64,000 nucleotides of DNA from Candidatus Binatia bacterium (lineage in GTDB: Bacteria; Desulfobacterota; Binatia; UBA9968; JAJDTQ01), in the NCBI GenBank assembly GCA_951813575.1, contig OX638375.1, positions 3,882,752 to 3,946,751 of the forward strand, in the 5' to 3' direction. Below, piece by piece: positions 9,716 through 19,747 of this stretch (position 1 is its first letter; the number at the start of each line of letters is the position of its first letter). The translations under genes and the position numbers were made by a program. The notes beneath the pieces were generated by a model, which saw only the letters and a program-made list of their open reading frames with translations, did no database searches and was not told the DNA's origin.

Positions 9716-11203
9716 GTGCCTAACGAGGAAAAGGCTCCCATAGGCCAGGCTTGGCTCAGGCGAGAGATGGCTTTGGCGGTGCCGCCCCCGGCAACGGAGA
9801 GCTACGTCGTCGCCAGTGCCCGGCGAACCGAGGTGCACGGGCCGCGGACCATCGAGTTGTATCCCCGATCCTATGCCACGGATGGGTCCTTGGCGGCTCA
9901 CGTCCGATTTGCACTGCGTCATGAACCCGTGGACCTCGGCGTTCTAGTCGCGGCTCTCAAGGCCGCTGAACCCTCCGAGTTGGAAGCCTGGGTGCGGTCA
10001 GAGCCTACGGGGGCCTTCAGCCGCCGGGCGTGGTTTTTCTACGAGTCCTTTACAGGGAGAACGCTGGATGTCGAGGACGTCCGCACCGGCAATTACGTGG
10101 CGGCGCTCAATCCCGGCAAGCACATCGTTGCCGAAAGACGCAATTCTCCGCGCCACCGGGTAGCCGACAACCTGCTCGGCGGACCCGCTCTCTGCCCGAC
10201 CGTGCGGCGCACGCCGCGACTGATGGAGCAGATGGGTGTACGGCTGGACCAGGAAGCGCGGACGCTCCTCGAGAGCTATGACCCGCTGCTCCTCGCCCGC
10301 GCCGTGCACTATCTCTACACGAAAGAAACGCGTTCCTCATTCGCCATCGAGGGCGAGACACCGAGCGCGAAGCGCACCGAGCGGTTTGTCGCTGCCCTGA
10401 AAGCGGCGGCGGACTTTGATCCGAGCGACAAGATGGCATTGATCCGCCTCCAGGGAGACATTGTCGATCCGCGCTACGCGTCCGCGGATTGGCGCGATTC
10501 CCAGAACTTCATCGGCACCACTGTCCAAGGGTATCGCGAAGAGGTCCTTTTCATTTGCCCGCGGCCTGAAGATGTGCCCAGCCTCATGGCTGCCTGGATG
10601 GCGTCGACGCGGCGCATCTTGGGCGGCGGAGTCGAGCCCGTCGTCGCGGCGGCGGTCTGTGCTTTCGCCTTCGTCTTCATCCACCCCTTCGAGGACGGCA
10701 ACGGGCGCATCCACCGATTCCTGATTCACCACGTCCTTGCGAAATCCGGGTATGGCCCGCCCGACCTCATCTTTCCCGTTTCCGCTGCCATATTGCGTGA
10801 CCGCGGTAGCTACGACGAGGTGCTCGAAGGCTTTTCGCGGCCGATTTCCGAATTTGTCCAATGGAGATGGGCGGGAGACGGAGGGATCGTCGTCGAGAAC
10901 GACACCCGCGACCTCTACCGTTACTTCGACGCGACGGCGTTTGTCGAATACCTCTACGATCGCGTGGCCGACACGGTTCGCCGGGACCTCAAGGAAGAGC
11001 TTGGGTTCATTGCCACCTTCGACAGGGCGTTTGAAGCGGCGCGCGCCATTGTCGACATGCCGGATCGCCGCGCATCGCTGTTCGTGCGACTGTGCATGCA
11101 GAATGGCGGACGCCTCTCGGCTACCAAGCGCGGGCAATTCACGGAACTGGATGACTCGGAGATCGCTGCAATGGAAGCGGCGATCCAGGACGCCATCCGC
11201 TAA
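9716..11203 (+). CDS. Fic/DOC family protein (putative AMPylator or similar)
   Basis: Canonical Fic motif HPFEDGNGRIHRFL. ~490 aa. GTG start at 9716 is uncertain (alternative ATG at 9767). Preceded by a ~230-bp AT-rich stretch. Confidence 0.8.
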   Translation: MPNEEKAPIGQAWLRREMALAVPPPATESYVVASARRTEVHGPRTIELYPRSYATDGSLAAHVRFALRHEPVDLGVLVAALKAAEPSELEAWVRSEPTGAFSRRAWFFYESFTGRTLDVEDVRTGNYVAALNPGKHIVAERRNSPRHRVADNLLGGPALCPTVRRTPRLMEQMGVRLDQEARTLLESYDPLLLARAVHYLYTKETRSSFAIEGETPSAKRTERFVAALKAAADFDPSDKMALIRLQGDIVDPRYASADWRDSQNFIGTTVQGYREEVLFICPRPEDVPSLMAAWMASTRRILGGGVEPVVAAAVCAFAFVFIHPFEDGNGRIHRFLIHHVLAKSGYGPPDLIFPVSAAILRDRGSYDEVLEGFSRPISEFVQWRWAGDGGIVVENDTRDLYRYFDATAFVEYLYDRVADTVRRDLKEELGFIATFDRAFEAARAIVDMPDRRASLFVRLCMQNGGRLSATKRGQFTELDDSEIAAMEAAIQDAIR

Positions 11204-11317
11204 GTCCTGCGCGCGCACCCTCTTCGCGCCCCAGTGTTGACAACCTGCCCCCGCTCAAAATATGGATAGCGCAGTTCTTCGCAATGAAGAGGGCCGCAGC
11301 GACTCTGGAGGGTAACG

Positions 11318-12445
11318 ATGATGAGAGTTCTTTCCGGGCGATTCGACAGGGGTCTTCTCTTGCGGCGCGCCGCCGTCGTGGCATTGGCGGCCGGTGTGGT
11401 GCTGGCCTCAATCGGCGGGATGGCGGGATTGGCGGCCGCTCAGACGGGCGGCGACGCGCTCAAGCAACTGGTCGCCGCCGCCCAGGGCGAGGGGGAGCTC
11501 AACGTCTTCGGTTCGGGGGACTGGAACTCGCCGAAGCTCATGGCGGCTCTCGAGAAGGGGCTCAACAAGACTTACGGCGTCAACGTCCGGCTCAAGACGA
11601 CCCCCGGTCCCAGCGCGTCGAAGCTGATGCCGCGGATCATCGACGAGGCCAAGACCGGCCGTCCCGCCAGTAGCGACATCTTCTTCGCTCCCTCGCGCCA
11701 GCAGATCCCGTCGGATCAGGCCGGCGCCCTCTTGCGGGTGGACTGGAAGAAGCTGATGCCCGGGCTCAAGGACGAGGAGGTCGGCATCAACGGAGCCGCC
11801 GTCGTCATCGGCGCCTCCATCCACATCATCGGCTACAACACCAACCTGGTGAAGGCCAAGGACCTGCCGAAATCCTACAAGGACTTCACCGACCCCAAGT
11901 ACAAGGGCAAGATCGGCACCACCGTCTTTGCCGTCGGGTGGGTCGAGGCGGCGATCCATTTGGGTGAGGAAGAGGCCACTCGCATCGTCGATGCCATGGT
12001 CGCCAACGGCACCATCATCGGCACCACCCGCACGGGGGTCCAGAACCGCGTGGCCACGGGCGAGTTCCCGATATTCGCCTTCGACACCAAGCCGGTGGCC
12101 TACTCGCGGCTCAAGGCCAAGGGGGCGCCGGTGGACTTCACCACCATGGACGATTTCATGTCGGGCACCGCCAGCGAGGTCAGCGTGCCCAAGACCAGCG
12201 CGCATCCGAATCTGGCCAAGCTCCTGTCCGTCTACATGCTGACGAAGCAGGGCCAGGACACCATCTGGAAGGTCATCGGACGCGATTCACCGTTTCGCGA
12301 GGGCTCCCAGCTCAACAAGCTGGTGGAGAGCAAGCGCGCCGCCGGCGCCAAGATCTACTTCGGCACCGATCAGAACGTGGTGAAGAACGCGTACTTCTAC
12401 CGGAAGGTTTCCCGGAAGCTCGCCAAGAAACTGCGCGGGAACTAG
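11318..12445 (+). CDS. ABC transporter periplasmic substrate-binding protein (Fe3+/thiamine/polyamine-type fold)
   Basis: GGAGGG RBS. Signal peptide (AAVVALAAGVVLASIGGMAGLAAAQ). Family 1 SBP-like. Confidence 0.7.
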   Translation: MMRVLSGRFDRGLLLRRAAVVALAAGVVLASIGGMAGLAAAQTGGDALKQLVAAAQGEGELNVFGSGDWNSPKLMAALEKGLNKTYGVNVRLKTTPGPSASKLMPRIIDEAKTGRPASSDIFFAPSRQQIPSDQAGALLRVDWKKLMPGLKDEEVGINGAAVVIGASIHIIGYNTNLVKAKDLPKSYKDFTDPKYKGKIGTTVFAVGWVEAAIHLGEEEATRIVDAMVANGTIIGTTRTGVQNRVATGEFPIFAFDTKPVAYSRLKAKGAPVDFTTMDDFMSGTASEVSVPKTSAHPNLAKLLSVYMLTKQGQDTIWKVIGRDSPFREGSQLNKLVESKRAAGAKIYFGTDQNVVKNAYFYRKVSRKLAKKLRGN

Positions 12446-12455
12446 TGTCCTGAGC

Positions 12456-14594
12456 GTGAGCGATTCCTACATCGTCGGCGTCGACATCGGCGGGACCTTC
12501 ACCGATTGCGTCGCGGTCAGCGGCGAGGGGACCATGACCCTGGGCAAGGCTTCCTCGACGCCGGACAATTTCGCCCTGGGCGTGCTCGACGCGGTGCGGG
12601 ACGCGGCGCACCATCTCGGGATGGCGGACGAGCGCGGGCTGCTGAGCGCCACCCGGCTCTTCTACCACGCCTGCACCATCGGCGATAACACGCTGATCAC
12701 CCGGAGCGGCGCGCGCACCGGCCTCATCGCCACCGCCGGGTTCGGCGACACCATCCTGATGATGCGCGGCGGCGTGGTGGCCGGACTGCCCGAGGCCGAG
12801 GCCCACCACATGGCGGCGCTCACCAAGCCCGAACCCCTGGTCCCCAAGCGTTTCATCGCCGAGGTCAACGAGCGGGTCGATTTCGAAGGGGAGGTGCTGG
12901 CGGACCTGGACGAGGCGGAAGCCGAGCGGGCGATCCGAAAACTCGTGGACAATGGCGTCGAGTCGGTGGCGGTTTCGCTCCTGTGGTCTATCGCCAACGA
13001 CCGCCACGAACGAGTGATCGGCGAGCTCCTGCGCCGGCGGTACCCGGACCTTTTCGTAACCCTCTCCAGCGAGGCGGCTTCCTTCCAGGGGGAATACGAA
13101 CGTACCGCCACGACGGTCTTCAACGCCTACATCGGCCCGCGGATCGGCTCCTACCTCAACGACCTGCGGGTGATCCTGGCGGACCGGGGCCTGCGGCGCG
13201 AGCCGTTGATCATGCAGGCCTACGGCGGGGTCCTGGGCGTGGACGACTCGGTGCGCAAGGCGGTGGGAACCATCGAGTCCGGCCCGGCGGCCGGGGTCGC
13301 CGCCTGCCGCTTCATGGGGAGCCTGAGCGGCATCGACAACATCGTGGCCGCGGACATGGGCGGCACCACCTTCAAGGTCGGCATCATCCGCGATGCCGCC
13401 GTCGAGCGGGACTACCAGCCGATCTTCCTTCGCTACCGGTTGCTGTCGCCCAAGATCTGGGTGGAATCCATCGGCGCCGGCGGCGGCAGCATCGCCTGGA
13501 TCGAGGAAGGCACCGGTCTTTTGAAGGTCGGCCCCCGGGGCGCCGGGGCCACGCCCGGGCCGGTGTGCTACAACCGCGGCGGCACCGAGCCCACGGTCAC
13601 CGACGCGAGCCTGGTCCTGGGGTACCTGAACCCCGGGTATTTCCTGGGCGGGCAGATCGTCCTGGACGTGGAAGCCGCCCGGCGGGCGGTGGAGGAGAGG
13701 GTGGCCGGGCCCCTGGGCATGAGCGTCACCGAGGCGGCCGGCGCCATCCACCGCATCGTCAACGCCCAGATGAGCGACCTTATCCGCAACGCCACCATCC
13801 AGCGCGGCCACGACCCGCGAGGCGATACCATGTTCGCCTTCGGCGGCGCCTGTCCGGTGCACGCCGGCCGGTTCGCGGCCGAGCTCGGGATCGAGCAGGT
13901 GGTGATCCCGGTCACGGCGTCGGTTCACGGCGCGGTGGGTCTGGTGTCCTCGGACGTGGTGTACGAGGAAGGGGTCTCCGACCGCACCCTGGTGCCGGTG
14001 CCCGCCGACCGGGTCAACGCATCCTTCTCGCCGATCCTGTCCAAGGTCCGCGACAGCCTGGAGAACGCGGGTTTCGGCGCCCGGGACATCACCCTCGCGC
14101 GCAGCGTGGACATGCGCTACCGCTACCAGGTCCACGAGATCAACGTGCCGATTCCACCGGGTGAGGCGGCCTTGACCGAGGAGGATCTCGAGGGCGTCTA
14201 CGCCCGGTTCGACCGGCTCTACGAGGCGGCCTACGGCAAGGGCTCGGCCTACCGGGCGGCCGGCAAGGAGATCGTCACCCTGCGGGTTACCGGGTCCGGG
14301 GCGATGCCCAAGCCGGCCCTGCGGCCCCTGGAGGAAGGCGGCGAGGCCGCGGCGGCCCGAAAGGGCGAGCGGCCGGTCTACTTCGAGGAGTTCGGCGACT
14401 ACGTGCCCACCGTGTTGTACGACATCGCCAGGATGCGGCCAGGCATGGTCATCGCCGAGCCCGGCGTCATCGAGACGCCGATCACGACGATCCTGATCAA
14501 CCCGGGCGACCGGGCGGTGATGGACGACATCGGCAACATCCGAATCACGGTCGGGTCGCAGGCGACTCTTTCCAGGGGAGAGAACCATGGCTGA
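12456..14594 (+). CDS. Hydantoinase A / oxoprolinase / acetone carboxylase beta-type subunit (HyuA family)
   Basis: 712 aa. N-terminal IVGVDIGGTFTDCV ATPase motif of the hydantoinase_A family. Confidence 0.85.
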   Translation: MSDSYIVGVDIGGTFTDCVAVSGEGTMTLGKASSTPDNFALGVLDAVRDAAHHLGMADERGLLSATRLFYHACTIGDNTLITRSGARTGLIATAGFGDTILMMRGGVVAGLPEAEAHHMAALTKPEPLVPKRFIAEVNERVDFEGEVLADLDEAEAERAIRKLVDNGVESVAVSLLWSIANDRHERVIGELLRRRYPDLFVTLSSEAASFQGEYERTATTVFNAYIGPRIGSYLNDLRVILADRGLRREPLIMQAYGGVLGVDDSVRKAVGTIESGPAAGVAACRFMGSLSGIDNIVAADMGGTTFKVGIIRDAAVERDYQPIFLRYRLLSPKIWVESIGAGGGSIAWIEEGTGLLKVGPRGAGATPGPVCYNRGGTEPTVTDASLVLGYLNPGYFLGGQIVLDVEAARRAVEERVAGPLGMSVTEAAGAIHRIVNAQMSDLIRNATIQRGHDPRGDTMFAFGGACPVHAGRFAAELGIEQVVIPVTASVHGAVGLVSSDVVYEEGVSDRTLVPVPADRVNASFSPILSKVRDSLENAGFGARDITLARSVDMRYRYQVHEINVPIPPGEAALTEEDLEGVYARFDRLYEAAYGKGSAYRAAGKEIVTLRVTGSGAMPKPALRPLEEGGEAAAARKGERPVYFEEFGDYVPTVLYDIARMRPGMVIAEPGVIETPITTILINPGDRAVMDDIGNIRITVGSQATLSRGENHG

Positions 14595-16425
14595 CAACGG
14601 TCGGACCGTGGATCCGGTGACCTTCGAGATCCTCTCGCACCGGCTCCAGCGCATCGCCAAGGAGATGGGCACGACCATCGAGCGCGTCGGGGGAACGGTC
14701 AACACTACCCAGATGCACGACTACATGGCCTCGCTTTACCGTGCCGACGGCGAGATCCTTGCCACCGGCGAGTCCATGCCCTGGCACGTGGCCTGCGCCG
14801 GGTTCACGGTCAAGTGGATCATCGAGCGCTTCGCCGAGTATGACGGGGTGAACGAGGACGACGTCTTCCTGTTGAACGATCCCTACGTCTCGGCGGTGCA
14901 CCAGTCGGACGTCTACGTCGTTTCCCCCATCCACGTGGAGGGGCGCCTGATCGGCTGGAGCGCGTCGTTCGTCCACGTGATGGACATCGGTGCCATGTCG
15001 CCGGGCGGCGATTCTCCCGAGGCCAAGGAGATCTGCCACGAGGGCCTGCGCATTCCGGGCATCAAGCTGGTGGACCGGGGCAATCTCCGCAAGGACGTGT
15101 TCGACACCCTGATCAACATGACCCGGCGCCCCGACATGGTGGCCCTCGACATCAACTGCCAACTGGCCGGCCACAGCGTGGCCAAGTCGCGCATGCGGCA
15201 GTTCTACACCCTCCACGGCGTCGACCTCATGGACGCCGTGGCCGCCCAGATGATCGACTACTCCGAGCGGGCCCTGCGCAAACGGCTGGAGGACATCCCG
15301 GACGGTGAGTGGAGCGACAGCGCCGCCATCGAGTCCAGGGAGGGCTCGTGGACCGTGAGGCTGACGCTGAGGAAGCAGGGCAGCCGCATGGTGTTCGACT
15401 TCACCGGCACCGACCCTCAGGCGCCCGTCGGCGTCAATTTGCCCTACCACGCCACCTTCGGCACCTGCTTCGAAGGCCTCGTGGAGACCGTGGCCTATGA
15501 TTTTCCCCGCAACCACGGGCTGTTCCGGCCCATCGAGACCATCGCTCCGCCGGGCACCCTGGTCAACGTCACCCATCCGGCGCCGGTTTCCCTCAACACC
15601 ACCTCGGGGGGCGCCACCGCCAAGTACCTCGTGGTCTCGGTGCTGAACGGCATGCTGGCGGGCAGCCAGGCGTGGCGCGACGAGATCATGGTGCGCATCT
15701 GGGGCGGGCGCCGGGTGCGGACCTCGGGGGTCAACCAGCACGGCATGTTCTATTCGACGAGTCTGGCCATGTCGCCGCTGAGCGGCAGCGGCGCCCGGGC
15801 CACCATGGACGGGGTCGACACCACCAAGCTCGACTTCATGACCTGTCCCAACGTGGAGTGGCTGGAGGCCAACTGCCCGATGCTGTTCCTGTTCCGGCGC
15901 CACGCCAGGGACCAGCAGGGGGCCGGCCGGTTCCGCGGCGGCACCGGCGCGGAGATGGCGTTCTCGGTGCACAAGGCGCCCGACGGCAAGATCGAGGGCG
16001 TGGCCTTCGGCGTGGCCGGCCTCGTCAACGGCGGCCGCGGTATTTTCGGGGGCTACCCGGGGGCGCCGAGCATTCTGGTGCACCTGGGAGGGACCACGCT
16101 GGGTGAGATGCTGGGCGCGGACCGGGTGCCGCAGGCCCTCGACGAACTCGGCGGTACGCCGCGGGTGCTGCCCTACGCGAGCTTCGAGCTCAGGCGGGAC
16201 GACGTCCTCTACTACACCCTCGGCATGGGCGGGGGCTACGGCTGTCCGCTGGACCGGGACCCGGCGGCCGTGTTGAAGGACGTGGAGGACGAGCTGGTGT
16301 CGGCGGAGACCGCCCGCGGCGTCTACGGCGTGGTCGTCGATTCGGATTCCCTCACCGTGGACGTTCAGGCCACCAGCGACCTCCGGCGGCAGCGTCTGCT
16401 GGAGAACCGGGGAGGGAGACCGTGA
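14587..16425 (+). CDS. Hydantoinase B / oxoprolinase / acetone carboxylase alpha-type subunit (HyuB family)
   Basis: 612 aa. Starts MADNGRTVDPVTFEILSHRLQRIAKEM, typical hydantoinase_B. Overlaps hyuA by 8 nt (translational coupling). Confidence 0.85.
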   Translation: MADNGRTVDPVTFEILSHRLQRIAKEMGTTIERVGGTVNTTQMHDYMASLYRADGEILATGESMPWHVACAGFTVKWIIERFAEYDGVNEDDVFLLNDPYVSAVHQSDVYVVSPIHVEGRLIGWSASFVHVMDIGAMSPGGDSPEAKEICHEGLRIPGIKLVDRGNLRKDVFDTLINMTRRPDMVALDINCQLAGHSVAKSRMRQFYTLHGVDLMDAVAAQMIDYSERALRKRLEDIPDGEWSDSAAIESREGSWTVRLTLRKQGSRMVFDFTGTDPQAPVGVNLPYHATFGTCFEGLVETVAYDFPRNHGLFRPIETIAPPGTLVNVTHPAPVSLNTTSGGATAKYLVVSVLNGMLAGSQAWRDEIMVRIWGGRRVRTSGVNQHGMFYSTSLAMSPLSGSGARATMDGVDTTKLDFMTCPNVEWLEANCPMLFLFRRHARDQQGAGRFRGGTGAEMAFSVHKAPDGKIEGVAFGVAGLVNGGRGIFGGYPGAPSILVHLGGTTLGEMLGADRVPQALDELGGTPRVLPYASFELRRDDVLYYTLGMGGGYGCPLDRDPAAVLKDVEDELVSAETARGVYGVVVDSDSLTVDVQATSDLRRQRLLENRGGRP

Positions 16426-17231
16426 ACCGGCCGCTGCGGGAGAATCTCGAGGTGGTGGAGGAGCAGGGCGGCGAATGGGTCCGGTGCGCCGCCTGCGGCC
16501 ACCGGCTCTGCGGTGCCGGCGAGGACTGGCGCGAGGCCTGCGTGAAGCGGCTGCTGCCGCCCGGCCGCATGGGGCCGTTCCACGAGATCATGGAAGGCCG
16601 CGCCTTGCTCGATGAACGCTATTGCCCCGGCTGCGGCGTGTCGCTGGATGCGACGGTGATCGTGGACGAGGAACGGCCGGCGCAGCGCGTCGCGCCGAAC
16701 CGGGTGACGGGGGAACCACTGGTCCTGGATGCGGGGAGCGCCGCGGTGGTGGTGCTCGACCTCAACACCAAGGCCGAGGACGCCTCCCAGCCGGCTCAAC
16801 CCCTGATACGTCCGGCCGGCGTCTTCCTCGACAAGGCCCGGGCGGCCGCGGTGCCGGTGGTCTTCACCGTGGTGGTGTGGGAGAAGGACACGCCGGCCGG
16901 CGCGGTGGCCGGAGCCCTGGCCCGCCGAGACAACGAACCGGTCCTGTATCCCAACGGCTACGACAAGTTCCTCGGCGGCGACCTGCGGGAACTGCTGGAA
17001 GGTTGGGGGACGGACACGCTGGTGTTCCTGGGCGGCGCGGCGAACTTCGCATTGCTCTACACCGCCACCACGGCCGCGCGCGCCTACGGCTACACGGTGG
17101 TGGTGCCCCTCGACGGGGTCTACGCCCATTCCGACTATGAGATGGAGTACACGCTGCACCAGTTCACGGTCCTGCCCCGGGTCAACCACCGGTTCCGCTT
17201 CTCCAGGCTCGCGGCCATTGATTTCCGCTGA
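16422..17231 (+). CDS. Fusion protein: acetone-carboxylase-gamma-like zinc-ribbon domain plus isochorismatase-family cysteine hydrolase domain
   Basis: N-terminal CAACGH...CPGCG four-Cys motif as in AcxC-type small subunits. C-terminal ~180 aa resemble the isochorismatase/cysteine hydrolase fold (VVVLDLN…). GTG start overlaps the hyuB stop. Confidence 0.5.
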   Translation: MNRPLRENLEVVEEQGGEWVRCAACGHRLCGAGEDWREACVKRLLPPGRMGPFHEIMEGRALLDERYCPGCGVSLDATVIVDEERPAQRVAPNRVTGEPLVLDAGSAAVVVLDLNTKAEDASQPAQPLIRPAGVFLDKARAAAVPVVFTVVVWEKDTPAGAVAGALARRDNEPVLYPNGYDKFLGGDLRELLEGWGTDTLVFLGGAANFALLYTATTAARAYGYTVVVPLDGVYAHSDYEMEYTLHQFTVLPRVNHRFRFSRLAAIDFR

Positions 17232-17261
17232 ACGCCTGGCCGCGGGCGGGGAGGGCGCCGG

Positions 17262-18971
17262 GTGAGGTGGCGGCGACTCTGGATGGGCACGCCGCCCTTC
17301 GTCGCCGTGAGCCTGACGGCCCTCGCCGTCATCGCCTTGCTGCTGGCGGTGGTCGTCCAGGTGGCGTTTCTCGAGGACGGCCGCATCGCCGGGGGTGTCT
17401 GGACCCTCGACAACTTCCACGAGATTTTCCGCGACGACTCGGCGTTCCGGGCGGCGCTCAACACGTTCTGGTTTACCCTCGTCGTCGTGGTCACCTCGCT
17501 GGCGCTGGCGGTGCCGGTGGCTTTCCTGGTGGAGCGCACCGACCTGCCCGGGCGCGGCTGGGTGGTGTCGCTGCTCACCATGACCCTCGCCGTGCCGGCC
17601 TTCTTCCCGGCCATGGGCTGGCAGTTCCTGCTTCATCCCCGGATCGGCGTGGTGAACCGGTGGCTGATGGACTTCCTCAACCTCGATGCGGCGCCGTTCA
17701 ACATCGGAACCGTGCCGGGGATGGGTTTCGTGCAGGGTCTCAACTTCGTGGGCCTTGCCTTCATCATGATCGCCCCGGCCTTCCGCAACATGGACCCGGC
17801 CCTCGAGGAGAGCGCCCAGGTTCACGGCGCCCGGTTCCGGGATCGCCTCTGGTGCGTGACGTTGCCGCTCATGTGGCCGAGCATCCTGGCGGCCGGCCTC
17901 TATGTCATGGCGCTGGGAATCACGACCTTCGACGTGCCGGCGTTCCTCGGCATGAGCAACCGCACCTACACCCTGAGCACGTTTCTCTACGTCCGGGCGC
18001 AGCCCCTCGACGCACCGCCGGACTACGGCATCGTGGGCGCCATCAGCGTGTTCATGATGGCGCTGGCGCTGCTCGTGAGCTGGTGGTACCTGCGCACCAT
18101 CCGGCGCGGCGAACGTTACCAGGTGATCTCGGGCAAGGCCTACCGCCCGCGGCTCATCGAGCTGCGGCGGTGGTGGATCGCTGGATGGCTGTTCATCGGG
18201 CTGGTGATCACCCTCAATCTGCTGCTGCCGCTGCTGATGCTGGTGTGGGCGTCCCTGATCCCGTTCCTCATGGCGCCGTCGTGGCCGGCGTTGCGGATGG
18301 TGACGCTGTCGAACTTCGAGAACATCCCGTGGGAGACGTTCTGGTTCGCGCTGCGGAACTCGGCGGTGCTGACGCTGGCGGTGCCCACCCTGGCGACGCT
18401 GGTGGGGGTGGCGCTCTCCTGGAACATCATCAAGTCCAGGAGCCGTCTCTCCGGGCTGTTCGACGTCGTCTCCTTCCTGCCCCACGTGATCCCCAACATG
18501 ATCTTCGCCGTGGGCGCCCTGTTCATCGCCCTGTTCTGGCTGCCCACCTACGTTCCCTTCTACGGCACCCTCTTCATCATCCTCCTGGTGAACGTCGTCG
18601 CCCGGATCCCCTTCGCCACCCGGATGTACAACTCGTCCCTGCTACAGATGCACAAGGAGCTCGACGAGGCGGGTTACGTTTCCGGACTCGAGCCCATGAC
18701 GGTCTTCTGGCGCATCGTACGGCCGCTCCTGGGCCCGACCCTGCTCTACGCCTGGCTCTGGATGGCCCTCCTCGCCTACAGCGAGCTGACCATGGCGGCC
18801 TTGCTGGTGACCCGGGACAACACCACCTTGCCGGTCTACATCTGGGCCATCTGGGGGGACGGAGAGTTGAACCAGGCCGCGGCCGTGTCACTGGTCGCGC
18901 TGCTGCTCGTGGTTCCCCTGATCATGCTCTATTTCTTTCTCGGACGGCGCGCCGTCATGTGGCAGGGGTGA
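17262..18971 (+). CDS. ABC transporter permease, two-domain (FbpB/ThiP-like iron(III)-type)
   Basis: 569 aa. Two repeats of the binding-protein-dependent permease EAA-like loop. About 12 TM segments. Confidence 0.75.
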   Translation: MRWRRLWMGTPPFVAVSLTALAVIALLLAVVVQVAFLEDGRIAGGVWTLDNFHEIFRDDSAFRAALNTFWFTLVVVVTSLALAVPVAFLVERTDLPGRGWVVSLLTMTLAVPAFFPAMGWQFLLHPRIGVVNRWLMDFLNLDAAPFNIGTVPGMGFVQGLNFVGLAFIMIAPAFRNMDPALEESAQVHGARFRDRLWCVTLPLMWPSILAAGLYVMALGITTFDVPAFLGMSNRTYTLSTFLYVRAQPLDAPPDYGIVGAISVFMMALALLVSWWYLRTIRRGERYQVISGKAYRPRLIELRRWWIAGWLFIGLVITLNLLLPLLMLVWASLIPFLMAPSWPALRMVTLSNFENIPWETFWFALRNSAVLTLAVPTLATLVGVALSWNIIKSRSRLSGLFDVVSFLPHVIPNMIFAVGALFIALFWLPTYVPFYGTLFIILLVNVVARIPFATRMYNSSLLQMHKELDEAGYVSGLEPMTVFWRIVRPLLGPTLLYAWLWMALLAYSELTMAALLVTRDNTTLPVYIWAIWGDGELNQAAAVSLVALLLVVPLIMLYFFLGRRAVMWQG

Positions 18972-19019
18972 CATGCCGGCCCGGCCGGTGCGTGGTGCCG
19001 CGACCTTGCGAAATGCGGA

Positions 19020-19625
19020 GTGAACCCGGTAGAAGACTCATTCTTGGAGGTGTGGACCGTGTCCGGAAATGAACGTCAAAGGCGCAGGGAAGGCATCCTT
19101 TTTCTCGTGGGGTTCGGGTTGTGCATTCCGGCCGCCAACTGGCTCATCGGCAACGTGGGCACCGTGTGTCCGCCGAATGCGCCCTGCCTGATTCCGGTGG
19201 CACCGGGGGTCATGGCCCCGAGCGGTGTCATTACCATCGGGCTGGCGTTCGTCCTCCGAGACCTCGTGCAGCGCCGCATCGGGGTCCGCTGGGCGGCGGC
19301 GGCGGTGGTGGCCGGCGCGGGTCTGTCCGCGTTCTTCGCGCCGCCCGCTCTCGTGGTTGCGTCCGGCACGGCCTATCTGTTTTCGGAGACCGCGGACCTG
19401 GCGGTGTACACGCCATTGCAACGGCGGCGACTGGTGCTCGCAGTCTTCGCCAGCAGCATCGTCGGCCTGATCGTCGACAGCATCCTGTTCCTCTATCTGG
19501 CGTTCGGGAGCCTCGATTTCCTGCTGGGGCAGGTCGTCGGGAAGGCCTGGATGGTGGTGTTCGCCTTGCCCTTTATCATGCTGCTGCGCCGGCGTGACGA
19601 GCGGCTCGGGTTGACCGCCGCTTGA
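19020..19625 (+). CDS. Queuosine-precursor transporter-like membrane protein (YhhQ/DUF165 family)
   Basis: Hydrophobic ~190-aa product with YhhQ-like features. True start probably an internal GTG/ATG near 19050-19065. Confidence 0.55.
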   Translation: MNPVEDSFLEVWTVSGNERQRRREGILFLVGFGLCIPAANWLIGNVGTVCPPNAPCLIPVAPGVMAPSGVITIGLAFVLRDLVQRRIGVRWAAAAVVAGAGLSAFFAPPALVVASGTAYLFSETADLAVYTPLQRRRLVLAVFASSIVGLIVDSILFLYLAFGSLDFLLGQVVGKAWMVVFALPFIMLLRRRDERLGLTAA

Positions 19626-19747
19626 GGCACCCGGCGGGGCGCCCGGGCCGCTTGCACCGTCACCGGGAATCGGCTTAGATTGCCCGCGGGATCGGCCGCC
19701 GGGCGGACCAGCGGTTTTCGGCTCGCCAAGGCCCCGCCCCGGTTCCG

